From a virus, in IMG/VR virus record IMGVR_UViG_3300045988_173726, positions 200,604-264,603 of that record: DNA of 64,000 bases; one strand, 5' to 3'. Each line of letters begins with the position of its first letter. Position 1 is the stretch's first letter. The notes beneath the pieces were generated by a model. It worked only from the letters and a program-made list of their open reading frames with translations, ran no database searches and was not told the DNA's origin. The position numbers and the translations under genes were made by a program. Positions 1 through 9,501 of the stretch are shown here, piece after piece.

Positions 1-1467
1 AGCGGGACGGTAACTGTCCTTCGGGATAAGATTATTGTAACGGAAGTGCCTGTAGGTACGACAGTTGAGAAGATAGACGAGAAGATACGGGAGTTGATTG
101 CCGAGGGCAGGGTGTTAAAGGGAGTCCGAGATGTGATTAACTCATCGGGCTTTGACACAGTTAAGAACGAGGCGAAGTTAGGTCTTACGATAGAGTTAAA
201 GAACGGAGCGGATGCAGATAGGACGCTTGCGGAGCTTTGTCGGTATACGCCTCTTAGAACTCGGGTAAGCTTTACGACACGGGTCTTAATGGGAGAGGGT
301 TGTAAAGAGGGTCGTCCGACCGAGCTAGGCGTTTATGAGCTACTTTGTAAGTGGCTTGAGTGGCGACAGGGGACGGTAATTCGGCAGTATAGCTATAAGC
401 TTGAGAAAGAGAAGCGTAACGAGTATCTGCTATCGTCTTGGGAGAAGATAAGCAGTCGTTGCAGTGAGTTTGTGCAGGATGTAGCTACGAATGACGAGGA
501 TAAGCTGTTTACTCTTTGCGAAGAGAAGTATGGACTCACAAAAGAGCAGACAGAGTATCTAATTGAGAAGAAGATACGGAGTATCACGCAGGACAAGGTA
601 GCGAGTGCTTTAGCCCAGCTTAAGAAGTCCAGAGAGGATATGTCGTATTACGAGCGGGTTGTGACGGATGAGGGAGAGAGAACGAAGTTAATCGTGTCAC
701 AGCTTGAGCGGGTAAGAGACACTTACGGGATTGAGAGAAAGTGCGCGGTAGCGGACGCGGTTGTAGAGTCCGAGATAGACGAGCGTCTAGCAGAGGTCGT
801 GCAGGACTGTGATGTAAGCGTGGTAGTCACGAGAAGCGGTCTTGCGAAGCGGTTTATGAATCCTTCGGACAGCGAGGGGGCGGATAGCCTGCTTGTAAGC
901 AAGGATGACGAAGTAAGGTGGAAGATAGACTGCAATAACCGAGATACGCTATTGGTGTTTACGACAACAGGCGTTTGTTACAAAGTAGCCGTGCATGATA
1001 TAGACAATTCAAGTAGGACTAGAATCAAGAACAGCCTTTGGAATATCGCAACAAAGACAGAGGACGGTGGAATCCTGTATGTAACGAATGCAGGAGACTA
1101 TTCTGGTGGCTTTACGGTCATTTACGGTGACGGAAAGGCTATGTATGTACCTCTCTGCACGGTAAACGGAAAGCGCAGTAAGTATATCAATGTGTTTATG
1201 GATATTACGGCGCATAACGGCGGGATTGTGACAGAGCATGAGAAGTTTTTTGTCACGACAAAGCGGAATTACGCGAAGCTTGTAGACTTAGCAGGTTTAT
1301 CCAGTCTTGATAGGCGTTCAAAGTTTAGGGTTGCGAGTTTAACAAAGGGGGATAACATTGTTAAGCTCGTGCCGTCCGATAAGGTAGCGAATTTCGATAG
1401 TGTGGATTGGAGTCCATATTGCAAGCCTTATGCAGTAAAGATTAAGTCATATCTGCCGATTTTATAA
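1..1467 (+). CDS. Type II topoisomerase subunit A (GyrA/ParC-like), C-terminal part; 5' end outside window
   Basis: Frame 1 is open from base 1, with no stop before the track start at 46. GyrA/ParC-like motifs are present: 'IIVTEVPVGTTVEKIDEKIRELI', 'TIELKNGADADRTLAELCRYTPLRT', 'VVVTRSGLAKRF', 'LLVFTTTGVCYKVAVHDI'. Confidence 0.7.
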   Translation, partial: SGTVTVLRDKIIVTEVPVGTTVEKIDEKIRELIAEGRVLKGVRDVINSSGFDTVKNEAKLGLTIELKNGADADRTLAELCRYTPLRTRVSFTTRVLMGEGCKEGRPTELGVYELLCKWLEWRQGTVIRQYSYKLEKEKRNEYLLSSWEKISSRCSEFVQDVATNDEDKLFTLCEEKYGLTKEQTEYLIEKKIRSITQDKVASALAQLKKSREDMSYYERVVTDEGERTKLIVSQLERVRDTYGIERKCAVADAVVESEIDERLAEVVQDCDVSVVVTRSGLAKRFMNPSDSEGADSLLVSKDDEVRWKIDCNNRDTLLVFTTTGVCYKVAVHDIDNSSRTRIKNSLWNIATKTEDGGILYVTNAGDYSGGFTVIYGDGKAMYVPLCTVNGKRSKYINVFMDITAHNGGIVTEHEKFFVTTKRNYAKLVDLAGLSSLDRRSKFRVASLTKGDNIVKLVPSDKVANFDSVDWSPYCKPYAVKIKSYLPIL

Positions 1468-1505
1468 TCGGGTAATAAGGGGTAGTTGTCTGTTAAGGAG
1501 AGGCG

Positions 1506-3062
1506 ATGGCGAAGAAGCAAGTAATAGACTTCGATGCTGGTACGCTTGAGTCGCTAGAGATAATCTTTTCAGCGCTCACGGTCGGTAGCAGTCTAGTGAA
1601 GAATCCAGATATGCTTGCGCGGAAACGGGAAACATATCAAGAGGCTATGCGGGAGTTTATAAGCCAGTTTACGGTAAATGTATTCTATAACGAATATTAT
1701 TTCCTATACCAGCTAATCCGCGTAGCGAAGATAACAAATTTCGGAGAGGCACAGATAAGTTCCGAGATAGAGGCAAACAGTGCGGATATTCTGTCATCCC
1801 CGTTTATTGAGGTCGTTACAGAGTATGTAGCGGGGAACGGAAATGTAATATCGGATGACGAGAAGGTAGAGTATTTTCGAGAGGTAGTGATTGAGCGGGT
1901 TACGAAGCTTGCGAATCGGGAAGTAACGATGAGTGAGTTTTTGTCAGCCTGTGAGCAGTATAAGAGAGCCTATAAGAATCAAGTGATGTTGCAGACTGCG
2001 AATGCGATGTCTATGATAATGCAGAGTACAGGGTATGATGAGCCTCGTAAGCGCGGTGGAGTAAAGCATTTGCAGGGTTATCTTGACGCTTCTGACTATT
2101 ATAGTCGCCAGTCAGCCCGTATACGGGAGTTAGATAACGAGAGTGGGAGTAGGGCTATCGTCATTGATAATGACTGGGTGATGAATGAGAACGAGAGAGA
2201 TAAGTCGCCCGAGGATACGATAGTCCTAGACTACGGGATAGAGGAGCTGGATAAAGTTTGCCGAGGGATACGGCGAACGAATATGCTAAACATTATTGGA
2301 CCAACGAAGGGTGGTAAGACAACTTTCACTTGTTACATGGTGCATAGAGCCTTGAAGCGTGGCTTAAATGTAGCTATTTGGGCGTTAGAGGGAACATATA
2401 GCGAATGGATGGCGCAGTTAATCGCCTTGACAGCATTGGATATGCGAAAAGAGGGCGATGTTTCGGTAATCCAGAAGTCAGATATACTGCATCAGAGCTA
2501 CAAGACGGACGAGGTTCGTGTAGCGGTAGGAGCGGCGAGACAGCATTTGGTATCTGGTGCGGGAATGGGGAAGCTTTCGTTTATCGGTGGAGCGGCGTAT
2601 ATTGAAGATTATATTGATACAATAGATAATCACAGGAGAAACGAGAACAAGTTTGATGTGATAGTCGTAGACTCGCCCGTGCTTGTGGTAAGTAGGACAG
2701 GTCGAACGAAGGTGGATAGAGCGGGAGAGGCGTTCACTTCGCTAAAGAACTATGTTGCGAATCAAGTGCCAGAGGGTGCGGTAGCGATAGTTACAGCGCA
2801 GTTAAAGCAGGATGTAGTAAACAGCATGAGAGCGAACAAAGACCAGACTTTGGATGTGACGGTAGGTGCAGAGACTTCGGAGACTATCAAAACGCCAGAC
2901 GAGGTAATTGGTTTGTTTAGCTCAAAGGAAGAGCGCTTAACGGGAAAGATGAAGATATATAATATAGCGGCGCGGCATCATGAGACATTTAGGGACTGTT
3001 ATATCGGGTGTGACATGAGTTGCGGGACATTCTTTAGTCAGCCAGAGTTAAACGAGGGTTAA
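1506..3062 (+). CDS. DnaB-like / RecA-fold replicative helicase
   Basis: Walker A 'GPTKGGKTTF' and Walker B-like 'FDVIVVDSPVL' sit in the C-terminal half, with a long helical N-terminal region. RBS 'aaggagagg' lies upstream of the ATG. Confidence 0.55.
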   Translation: MAKKQVIDFDAGTLESLEIIFSALTVGSSLVKNPDMLARKRETYQEAMREFISQFTVNVFYNEYYFLYQLIRVAKITNFGEAQISSEIEANSADILSSPFIEVVTEYVAGNGNVISDDEKVEYFREVVIERVTKLANREVTMSEFLSACEQYKRAYKNQVMLQTANAMSMIMQSTGYDEPRKRGGVKHLQGYLDASDYYSRQSARIRELDNESGSRAIVIDNDWVMNENERDKSPEDTIVLDYGIEELDKVCRGIRRTNMLNIIGPTKGGKTTFTCYMVHRALKRGLNVAIWALEGTYSEWMAQLIALTALDMRKEGDVSVIQKSDILHQSYKTDEVRVAVGAARQHLVSGAGMGKLSFIGGAAYIEDYIDTIDNHRRNENKFDVIVVDSPVLVVSRTGRTKVDRAGEAFTSLKNYVANQVPEGAVAIVTAQLKQDVVNSMRANKDQTLDVTVGAETSETIKTPDEVIGLFSSKEERLTGKMKIYNIAARHHETFRDCYIGCDMSCGTFFSQPELNEG

Positions 3063-3088
3063 GTAAAAGTTTTTTGGAGGGAAGAGGA

Positions 3089-3757
3089 ATGGGACGAGTA
3101 AATTTATCGGATGACGCAGTAGGAAAGCTCGCAGAGGTCATTTGCACGGATATTCACACGAATATCGTAAAGGGCGTGACTTATATTCTGTTAGAGGAGA
3201 AGCCGAATACTAAGGTAAGGCTTGATATGTATATGGGTCTTCGCAGGGAGATAGACAGCGAGGGGTTTAAGCCAGACGAGGTATTTCGGGTTTATAAGGT
3301 ATCAAACGGGTATGTGTTTGATATGGAGCAGGAGATAGCGGTTTCGATTACAAAGGCGATAATGCAGAAGTCTGGGTCGCTAGATGATAAGAACATGCGG
3401 GCGGTGCTAAACAGCGTGGTAGAGAGAAGCAAGGTACGGCGAGAGAAAGAGATGAAGCGGCTTGCGGCGCTTTGTTATAAGGCGTATAAGGCAGGAAAGA
3501 CATCTCTTGAGGTATTGCTGTTTGGTAAGAACGAGGTCGGGAAAGTTATCATCACGGTAAAGGATGGGAAAGACGACTATGTAATCACATATCCTTCGTT
3601 TATGCTCCGTCCGAGTGATATGCAGAGTGTAAACGAAGAGTATTTGATTAAGAGTGGTATACGGATAAAGAGTATCGAGACAGGTGAGATAGTGGGGACG
3701 AATCGTGGTCTAAGGGTCGTGGTGAACTTAGGTGCGAATGTAAAGAAGGTGCTGTAA
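3089..3757 (+). CDS. Hypothetical protein
   Basis: Long ORF. The track starts at TTG 3074, but ATG 3089 sits behind RBS 'ggaggg'. No family recognised. Confidence 0.55.
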   Translation: MGRVNLSDDAVGKLAEVICTDIHTNIVKGVTYILLEEKPNTKVRLDMYMGLRREIDSEGFKPDEVFRVYKVSNGYVFDMEQEIAVSITKAIMQKSGSLDDKNMRAVLNSVVERSKVRREKEMKRLAALCYKAYKAGKTSLEVLLFGKNEVGKVIITVKDGKDDYVITYPSFMLRPSDMQSVNEEYLIKSGIRIKSIETGEIVGTNRGLRVVVNLGANVKKVL

Positions 3758-3759
3758 AT

Positions 3760-4707
3760 TTGAAAGCGAGTATACGGGGGATAACGCTAGGTACGGACGG
3801 GGCGAGGCAAGCTTATTGTATGCAGGAGATAAGTCTTGAGAGTTTAGCAAAGACTTGTGCGGGGGTTAAGGTCTTACTCGGGATAGACGGGTCGTCTACA
3901 TGTACGGGCGTGTCGGTATTTAACCTAGGGAACGGCGGGCTAATCGGGACGATAGCGTTAAAGCGTAGCAGTAAAGAGGACGCGGTTCACTATAAGGTGG
4001 AGTTAAAGCGGTTTCTGGTAGAGTTACTGGGGGCAGTGGATGCGCGTGAGGCAGTGTATGAAGAGCCGTTCTTCGGGGTAAACGCTTTAACGAATAAGGT
4101 GCTGTTTATGCTCCGCTCGTCTGTCGAAGAGGTCATCGCCGAGAACGAGCCAAGGTTTAATCAGCTTAATTTTCACGAGATAAGTAACGCTAGGTGGAAG
4201 AAGCTGTTTTTAGAGAAAGTCCCGAAGGGCGGGAAAGAAGTGCAGAAGGCGGCGATACGGGAGAAAGTGCTTGCCTTGTACCCGTTCATGTGTGTATGCA
4301 CACAGGATGAGTGTGACGCGACAGGGATAGGGTACGCGGCGTGTAGGGCGGACAGTATAAAGGGGCTTGAGAATCAGCGTAAGCCGCGCCCGTTCCAGTA
4401 TTGCATTGAGTTTTTCGGTGGGGACAGTGACGAGGAGTTTGTAGGGTGGTTTGACGGGAACTGGGAGAGGGTTTCAGTTCCCGAGGCGCTGGTTTGCGGT
4501 GGGTATTGGATTGTGCCGATAAAGGGGACAGGGAGCTTTGAGAACTATATCTACCGTGAGATGGGGGACGAGGATAATCTGCTGGTGCTAAGGTTTAGTA
4601 GTCAGCATCATGCGAATGTGGTGATGCAGTATCGGATAGCGGATTTGACGGTACGGAATAAGTTTATTTACGCAGTCGTCTGGAGGAAGCACAGGAAGAA
4701 AGCATAG
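3760..4707 (+). CDS. RuvC-like Holliday junction resolvase with C-terminal extension
   Basis: RuvC-fold acidic motifs appear in order: 'LLGIDGSSTCTGVSVF', 'YEEPFFG', 'QDECDATGIGYAAC'. Roughly 110 aa at the C terminus are unassigned. Confidence 0.55.
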   Translation: MKASIRGITLGTDGARQAYCMQEISLESLAKTCAGVKVLLGIDGSSTCTGVSVFNLGNGGLIGTIALKRSSKEDAVHYKVELKRFLVELLGAVDAREAVYEEPFFGVNALTNKVLFMLRSSVEEVIAENEPRFNQLNFHEISNARWKKLFLEKVPKGGKEVQKAAIREKVLALYPFMCVCTQDECDATGIGYAACRADSIKGLENQRKPRPFQYCIEFFGGDSDEEFVGWFDGNWERVSVPEALVCGGYWIVPIKGTGSFENYIYREMGDEDNLLVLRFSSQHHANVVMQYRIADLTVRNKFIYAVVWRKHRKKA

Positions 4708-4919
4708 GGGGAGCATGGGGGAGTCTTTTAGTCGAAATGGTTTGACAAAAGACAGATAGGTGCGTTGCGGTAACAGCAGTGCGCGTTATATAAGGGCTTG
4801 GGCGGGTAGTAAAGATTGCCTGTTCAAGTCCTTTTGTAGTAATTAGTCGTACCGCTCCTAGTACTTTAGCAGTTTGGGCTTGCAAATAAAAGAATTTTGC
4901 CGAAAGGAGATTTTGGGTC

Positions 4920-5291
4920 ATGGGAGTTTGTAAGTTGTGCGGAGCGGATACCGAGCTTATTGATGGCAAGTGCTACAGGTGCTTATCGCTGTCTGTGTAT
5001 GAGGAAGCAAAGATAGAGCCTGCGAGTGAAGAGGAAGAGGCGAAGTTTGCGGAGTCGTTAAAGGGTATGGCGGCTATGCTAGTCACGAAAACGCCGCTTG
5101 AGCTAATGAAAGAGCAGATAGCGGGTATTACTGACTCGGAGGCAGAGGAGTTTAAGCCAGACTATCAGATTATGTATCACAGGTATCGGGAGGCTATCGA
5201 CAGCGGAGCGTACTGTATGGTTTTGGCGTGGAACAGTGCAGGGAAAGAGGTAGTAGACGCTTCTAGGGCGATAGCTGTTTGTAAGGCGTAA
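4920..5291 (+). CDS. Small zinc-ribbon protein
   Basis: N-terminal 'CKLCGADTELIDGKCYRC' is a CxxC...CxxC pattern. RBS 'aaaggag' lies upstream. Confidence 0.5.
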   Translation: MGVCKLCGADTELIDGKCYRCLSLSVYEEAKIEPASEEEEAKFAESLKGMAAMLVTKTPLELMKEQIAGITDSEAEEFKPDYQIMYHRYREAIDSGAYCMVLAWNSAGKEVVDASRAIAVCKA

Positions 5292-5302
5292 GGGTAGCGA
5301 GA

Positions 5303-6442
5303 ATGGACGGGAGCGATAGCACGACTAAGTTACTGCTAGGGGCAGGGTTTAACAGCGTTGAGGGTCTTGAGCGGTATATACGGGGCTTACAGGAAGCCGA
5401 GCAGATTGGAGAGCCAGAGGTAAGCGACTCTGTGTATGATAATCTCATTCGGGTCTTACGGACAGTAAAGCCAGAGAGTAAGGTGTTAAATCGGAGTTTA
5501 CCAGAGAGATGCTATCGTGGCGCAGGGCTAACAGTTATACGGGATTTATCGGAGTTAAGCTATCTAAGGCGGTTGTTTTTAGAAAAAGGGATAGATACAA
5601 GTCTCTTATCGAGCGCAAAGATAGTCGGGCATAGCGTAACGATTAGGTATATTGACGGTAGGTATGCGAGTGGGGAATTTCGGTGCGGTATAGACATAAC
5701 CGAGGTTTTGCATAGCATAGTTCCAGCATATCTTCCAGAGCTAGGGTTTTACAGAGTGGTAACAATAGGCGGGGTAGTGACGATAAGCCGAAAGAACTTT
5801 GATAAGGTCAGTCGGGTTTATAAAACGCCGTTAAGTGCGGTAACTTCGTTTATGCGGGAGACATCGAGCGCGGAAGAGAGAGGGCTACTAAGCCTAGTGT
5901 GTGACTCTATATCGAGTGAGGAAGATGATAGCTTTCGTAGCCTGCTTAATGAGTATCAGACGCTATCTGCTCTCGGGTTTTTGATTCCTACCTTTCGGGT
6001 AACGGATGGAGTGGGGGCGTATAACTTTGACACTCGGGTAGAAGAGATATTAAGCGAGTTTACGGGGCTTACGCTTCCCTTTGACGCAGACGGAGTGGTG
6101 GTAAGAGTAAACGATAACGCTTTGTTTCGAGAGTTAGGAGAAAACGGTAACACTTATCTCGGTGGGTTTATCCTAAAGACAGGGGAACGGTTTGGAGCGA
6201 AGGTCTATAGCGGGTTAATTCACGAGATAGAGTGGGAGTACGGGAGTGATAAGCTAAGTCCTAGGGCGGTAATAAGTCCTGTTACAGTGTATGACGGTAA
6301 TACGATAAACACTGTGCCGCTTTATAGCGTGGGGGTTATGCGGGACAACAGCTTTACAGTAGGTTCTAAGATATATTTTTTATACGACAACGAGACAGGC
6401 GCGATGCTTTGTGACGAGGATGGAAAGGTCGTAAGCGCCTAG
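5303..6442 (+). CDS. NAD-dependent DNA ligase (LigA)-like adenylation + OB domains; lacks Zn-finger/HhH/BRCT
   Basis: Colinear with LigA by eye. Matches are 'PEVSDSVYDNLIRVLRTVKPE' (Ia region), 'AKIVGHSVTIRYIDG' (KxDG position), 'DADGVVVRVND' (motif IV) and an OB-like 'ISPVTVYDGNTINTVPLYS'. Confidence 0.6.
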   Translation: MDGSDSTTKLLLGAGFNSVEGLERYIRGLQEAEQIGEPEVSDSVYDNLIRVLRTVKPESKVLNRSLPERCYRGAGLTVIRDLSELSYLRRLFLEKGIDTSLLSSAKIVGHSVTIRYIDGRYASGEFRCGIDITEVLHSIVPAYLPELGFYRVVTIGGVVTISRKNFDKVSRVYKTPLSAVTSFMRETSSAEERGLLSLVCDSISSEEDDSFRSLLNEYQTLSALGFLIPTFRVTDGVGAYNFDTRVEEILSEFTGLTLPFDADGVVVRVNDNALFRELGENGNTYLGGFILKTGERFGAKVYSGLIHEIEWEYGSDKLSPRAVISPVTVYDGNTINTVPLYSVGVMRDNSFTVGSKIYFLYDNETGAMLCDEDGKVVSA

Positions 6443-6459
6443 AGAGGGGGCAAAGAGAG

Positions 6460-8220
6460 ATGGATGGATTTAATAGCTTTGACGATGACGAGATAGAGCT
6501 TCCAGAGGACAAGGGAGAGGTTACAGACCTAGCGGATAACGGAGAGCTTGAAAGTAGCGAGGATACCTTTGATGACGACATAGACGGTCTTTTGGGTAAC
6601 TATAACGGGGAAGCGGATGAGACAGAGGACAGTCATGCGGGCGAGGAAGTTCTGTATGACGATAACGGAGAGCCTTATTACGCGAGTGACTTGGTAGATG
6701 AGGACGAGAGCGAAGAGTCGGGTCACGAGAGTTTATCAGAGGACGTAGAGGGTAGCACAGTAGGTTCGGACGAAGAGGACGGATTAGACACTATCAGCGA
6801 GGAAAGTGTTGATAGCATAGACGAGGAAGCGGATAGCGAAGAAGCCGAGGATGATACGAGTGATAGTACGGGTGAGGTGGCTACGGTTCGGAGTGATAGT
6901 TTCCTAGACGAGAACGGAAATGTTCGGGTCATGGACACGGAGGCTTCGGGAGAGACTTTCGAGTTAATCAAGATAAAGTACGAGAATCTAGGCTATAGTA
7001 AGAGAATCCGCACGAGTAAGAATGTGGACGACTTGACAAGTAGCATACGGAGTACGGGTTTACTCAATCCTATCGTAGTTGCGCCGTCAGTCACAGAGGG
7101 CGTTTATGCGATAATTGACGGGTATCGAAGGATTCTTGCTTGTTCAAAGGTCGGAATCAAAGAGATTCCTGCAATCGTAAACAGAAAGATAACTACGAAA
7201 GAGATAGCTGTAGTAGAAGCTCTTTATAATCACAAGAAGCCCTACACGATGCAGGAGATAGTAGATTATATCGAGTATCTTGAAAAGGAGAAGGGAATCA
7301 CCGACCCGCCGACAGTTGAGTATTTATTAGACTTAAATAACGGTGACTACAGTAAGCTAAAAGACATTCTGTCGGACAATGACGAAGAGATAGTGAGTAA
7401 GCTCCTTGAGGGTCAGCTTACTATCGGGGAAGCGTTTAAGAGGCTTGAGAAGCGCCGTTCAAAGGAGACCCGTGAAGAGAAAGACATTAAGAAAGCGGGG
7501 AAAGTTTATAACGAGGGGGGCGGCACAGAGGAGAGCGCGTTAAATAACTCTGGCGAGATGGCAGACAGCGGAGAGGAGTCGGAAGAGGACAAGGGGTCGC
7601 GTTTAACAGCCGACCAGATAGCGGCGCTAGCTGTTGACCCGAGTAAGATAGATTCCGAGATAGAGGATAAGTCGCTTGACGAGATGATAGCGGAGAGCGA
7701 TAAGACAGAGGGCTTTGAGCCGCATCAGCAGAAGGTAGGGGAGAGGGAGTATTTAGACCCTGCAATCAAGAAAGCGGTTTTAGCGAGAGACAAGTTTACT
7801 TGCCAGTGCTGTGGAATTGGAAAAGACGATAGCGAGAGTTATGTAAGCGTAATGGACGCGCATCACATTATACCAGTCTTTCTCGGGGGCAAGGACACCT
7901 CGGAGAGCGGAGTAACGAATATAGATAACATCGTTACGCTCTGCATCATCTGTCATAAAATGGTACATGAGTTTTCTACGGGAGATTTGCACTTGCCGAG
8001 AGAGCGTAAGGCAGACGAAGTAGCAGAGATGAGTGTGGAAGAGCGTGAGCAGTATAAGAAAGAGCAGACGCGCTTCAAGAAAGTCGTTTATTTTGGAGAT
8101 TTAATCAGAAAGGCGATGGCACAGCGAGGTATCAATCGCAAGGAGTTTAAGAAACAGCATCCTTCTAACGCAATAGGACGAAGGAAGCCGGGAAAGAACA
8201 CGCCACAGGTCGATATTTAA
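6460..8220 (+). CDS. ParB-like nuclease domain + HNH endonuclease fusion with long acidic N-terminal region
   Basis: ParB N-domain 'GLLNPIVVAPSVTEGVYAIIDGYRRILACSKVG'. HNH 'CQCCG...HHIIPVFLGG...NIVTLCIICHKMVH'. The first ~160 aa are D/E/S-rich. Confidence 0.8.
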   Translation: MDGFNSFDDDEIELPEDKGEVTDLADNGELESSEDTFDDDIDGLLGNYNGEADETEDSHAGEEVLYDDNGEPYYASDLVDEDESEESGHESLSEDVEGSTVGSDEEDGLDTISEESVDSIDEEADSEEAEDDTSDSTGEVATVRSDSFLDENGNVRVMDTEASGETFELIKIKYENLGYSKRIRTSKNVDDLTSSIRSTGLLNPIVVAPSVTEGVYAIIDGYRRILACSKVGIKEIPAIVNRKITTKEIAVVEALYNHKKPYTMQEIVDYIEYLEKEKGITDPPTVEYLLDLNNGDYSKLKDILSDNDEEIVSKLLEGQLTIGEAFKRLEKRRSKETREEKDIKKAGKVYNEGGGTEESALNNSGEMADSGEESEEDKGSRLTADQIAALAVDPSKIDSEIEDKSLDEMIAESDKTEGFEPHQQKVGEREYLDPAIKKAVLARDKFTCQCCGIGKDDSESYVSVMDAHHIIPVFLGGKDTSESGVTNIDNIVTLCIICHKMVHEFSTGDLHLPRERKADEVAEMSVEEREQYKKEQTRFKKVVYFGDLIRKAMAQRGINRKEFKKQHPSNAIGRRKPGKNTPQVDI

Positions 8221-8244
8221 GCGTATAAGAGGGGGTAAAGTCCT

Positions 8245-8910
8245 TTGAGGGTAGGAAAGATAAGGTTAAGTCTGCATGGAGTGGCGTTAGCTTGCTACTG
8301 CGCGGTATTTCTAGCGTTAGCGGTATTATCGGCAATGTTTTACGACATGCAGACCTTGGTTTACGGGTTTCTAGGAATATCAATGCTTGAACTCGGATAC
8401 TTGGTTATTCAGCAGAGCAGAGGAAAGACAGCTACTAAGAGTCCGAGCGTGAGGCTTGGGTTGGTAGCAGTTCTCGGGATTACGGTAGGCAGTCACTTTA
8501 TAAGCTATGGTGCAGTGACTGCGGCGGCGGTGATAGCGGTGACAGGGCTTATTGTTATCGTGTTAAGCCTAAAGGAGATAGGTGCAAAAGAGGTTGTGCT
8601 TGCGTTTTGCTTAATGGTCGGTATGTCAGCGCTCACGCTTGTTTATCCGATGGGTTTATCAAGGTTTACGGATGAGCGGGATTTAAGAAGTGTAAGGGCG
8701 GTAGACAAGTATAGCGAGTATCTAGGAAACAGCGAGAAGCTATTAAGGCTTTCGCTAGACTATGATTTCTCGGTCGGGGGTAACGACATAGACGCGGATA
8801 CCCTAACGGTGCTTTCTTCGATTACTGGGAGAGAGGCAACGGTCGAAGCAGTTACGGACAGTGCGCTTGTAGACAGGGCGATAAGTGACTATAAGAATAG
8901 TCGGGAGTAA
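8245..8910 (+). CDS. Multi-pass membrane protein
   Basis: Four or five hydrophobic helices, for example 'ALACYCAVFLALAVLSAMF' and 'AAAVIAVTGLIVIVLSL'. TTG start lies behind RBS 'agggggt'. Confidence 0.55.
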   Translation: MRVGKIRLSLHGVALACYCAVFLALAVLSAMFYDMQTLVYGFLGISMLELGYLVIQQSRGKTATKSPSVRLGLVAVLGITVGSHFISYGAVTAAAVIAVTGLIVIVLSLKEIGAKEVVLAFCLMVGMSALTLVYPMGLSRFTDERDLRSVRAVDKYSEYLGNSEKLLRLSLDYDFSVGGNDIDADTLTVLSSITGREATVEAVTDSALVDRAISDYKNSRE

Positions 8911-8913
8911 ACT

Positions 8914-9501
8914 ATGAAAGGCAAGATAATCACGCGAGAAGAGGTTATGAAGCGGAGTCTTATTTTGCCTGAGGTTTTAGCGAATATACCCGATAGGTGC
9001 GAGTGCGGGGGCGAAGTAGGGTTTAGTAGTGACCTTAGAGAAGTGGTCTGTCTAAATCCGAAGTGCTTTTATAAGACAGCGGAGCGGCTGGGCGACATGG
9101 CAGAGGCTATGGGGGTAACGGGGTTTGATAAGTGGACTTGTACTCGGATTTGTAAAGAGTTTAAGTTAGAAAGCCCGTTTATGGCGTTTCTGATAGAGAG
9201 TAAAGATAAAGGTCTTAATGAGAAACTTAACGCCTTAAGGGAGAGTCCTAGCCGAGAGTGTAGCCTAGTCGAAATGGCAGAATACAGTGGGATTCCGTTG
9301 ATAGCCGATAATGCAGAGACGCTGTTTCGTAAGGTAGGGAGTATCGAGCAGTTTTACGGCAGTATCATCGGGGAGCGAGTACGAGAGTGCTGTAGAGGCG
9401 GAGTTGGACTTTCGGAGTTAAGCGTAGCGCTTCAAGAGAGTAAAGAAGAATTGACGCTTGGCGAGCGGGTGTTTTATATAAGGGGTCGGCATGGCAGATA
9501 A
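8914..9501 (+). CDS. LigA-like C-terminal Zn-finger + HhH fragment (stand-alone ORF)
   Basis: 'CECGGEVGFSSDLREVVCLNPKC' matches the LigA Cys4 finger. 'AERLGDMAEAMGVTGFDK' and 'LVEMAEYSGIPLIADNAETLFRKVGSIEQF' match the LigA HhH region by eye. Confidence 0.5.
   Translation: MKGKIITREEVMKRSLILPEVLANIPDRCECGGEVGFSSDLREVVCLNPKCFYKTAERLGDMAEAMGVTGFDKWTCTRICKEFKLESPFMAFLIESKDKGLNEKLNALRESPSRECSLVEMAEYSGIPLIADNAETLFRKVGSIEQFYGSIIGERVRECCRGGVGLSELSVALQESKEELTLGERVFYIRGRHGR

Noticed and set aside
2405-2605. Alternative-frame + strand ORFs nested in larger genes: 2405..2605, 13226..13411, 17252..17440, 24074..24307, 25628..25819, 30437..30619, 33997..34374, 35502..35720, 57042..57290, 61315..61512 and 63735..63926.
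   Set aside because: They are embedded in longer ORFs with recognisable motifs, or in G-rich non-coding spacers. Their products are R/G-rich or low-complexity, and no RBS is visible.
4708-4919. A 212-nt non-coding gap with a T-arm-like 'cctgttcaagtcc' and possible promoters (TTGACA at 4742; TTGCGG-N16-TATATA at 4765-4792).
   Set aside because: No tRNA fold could be built. TTGACA has no acceptable -10 at 16-18 nt, and the second candidate has a weak -35. This was too uncertain to annotate.
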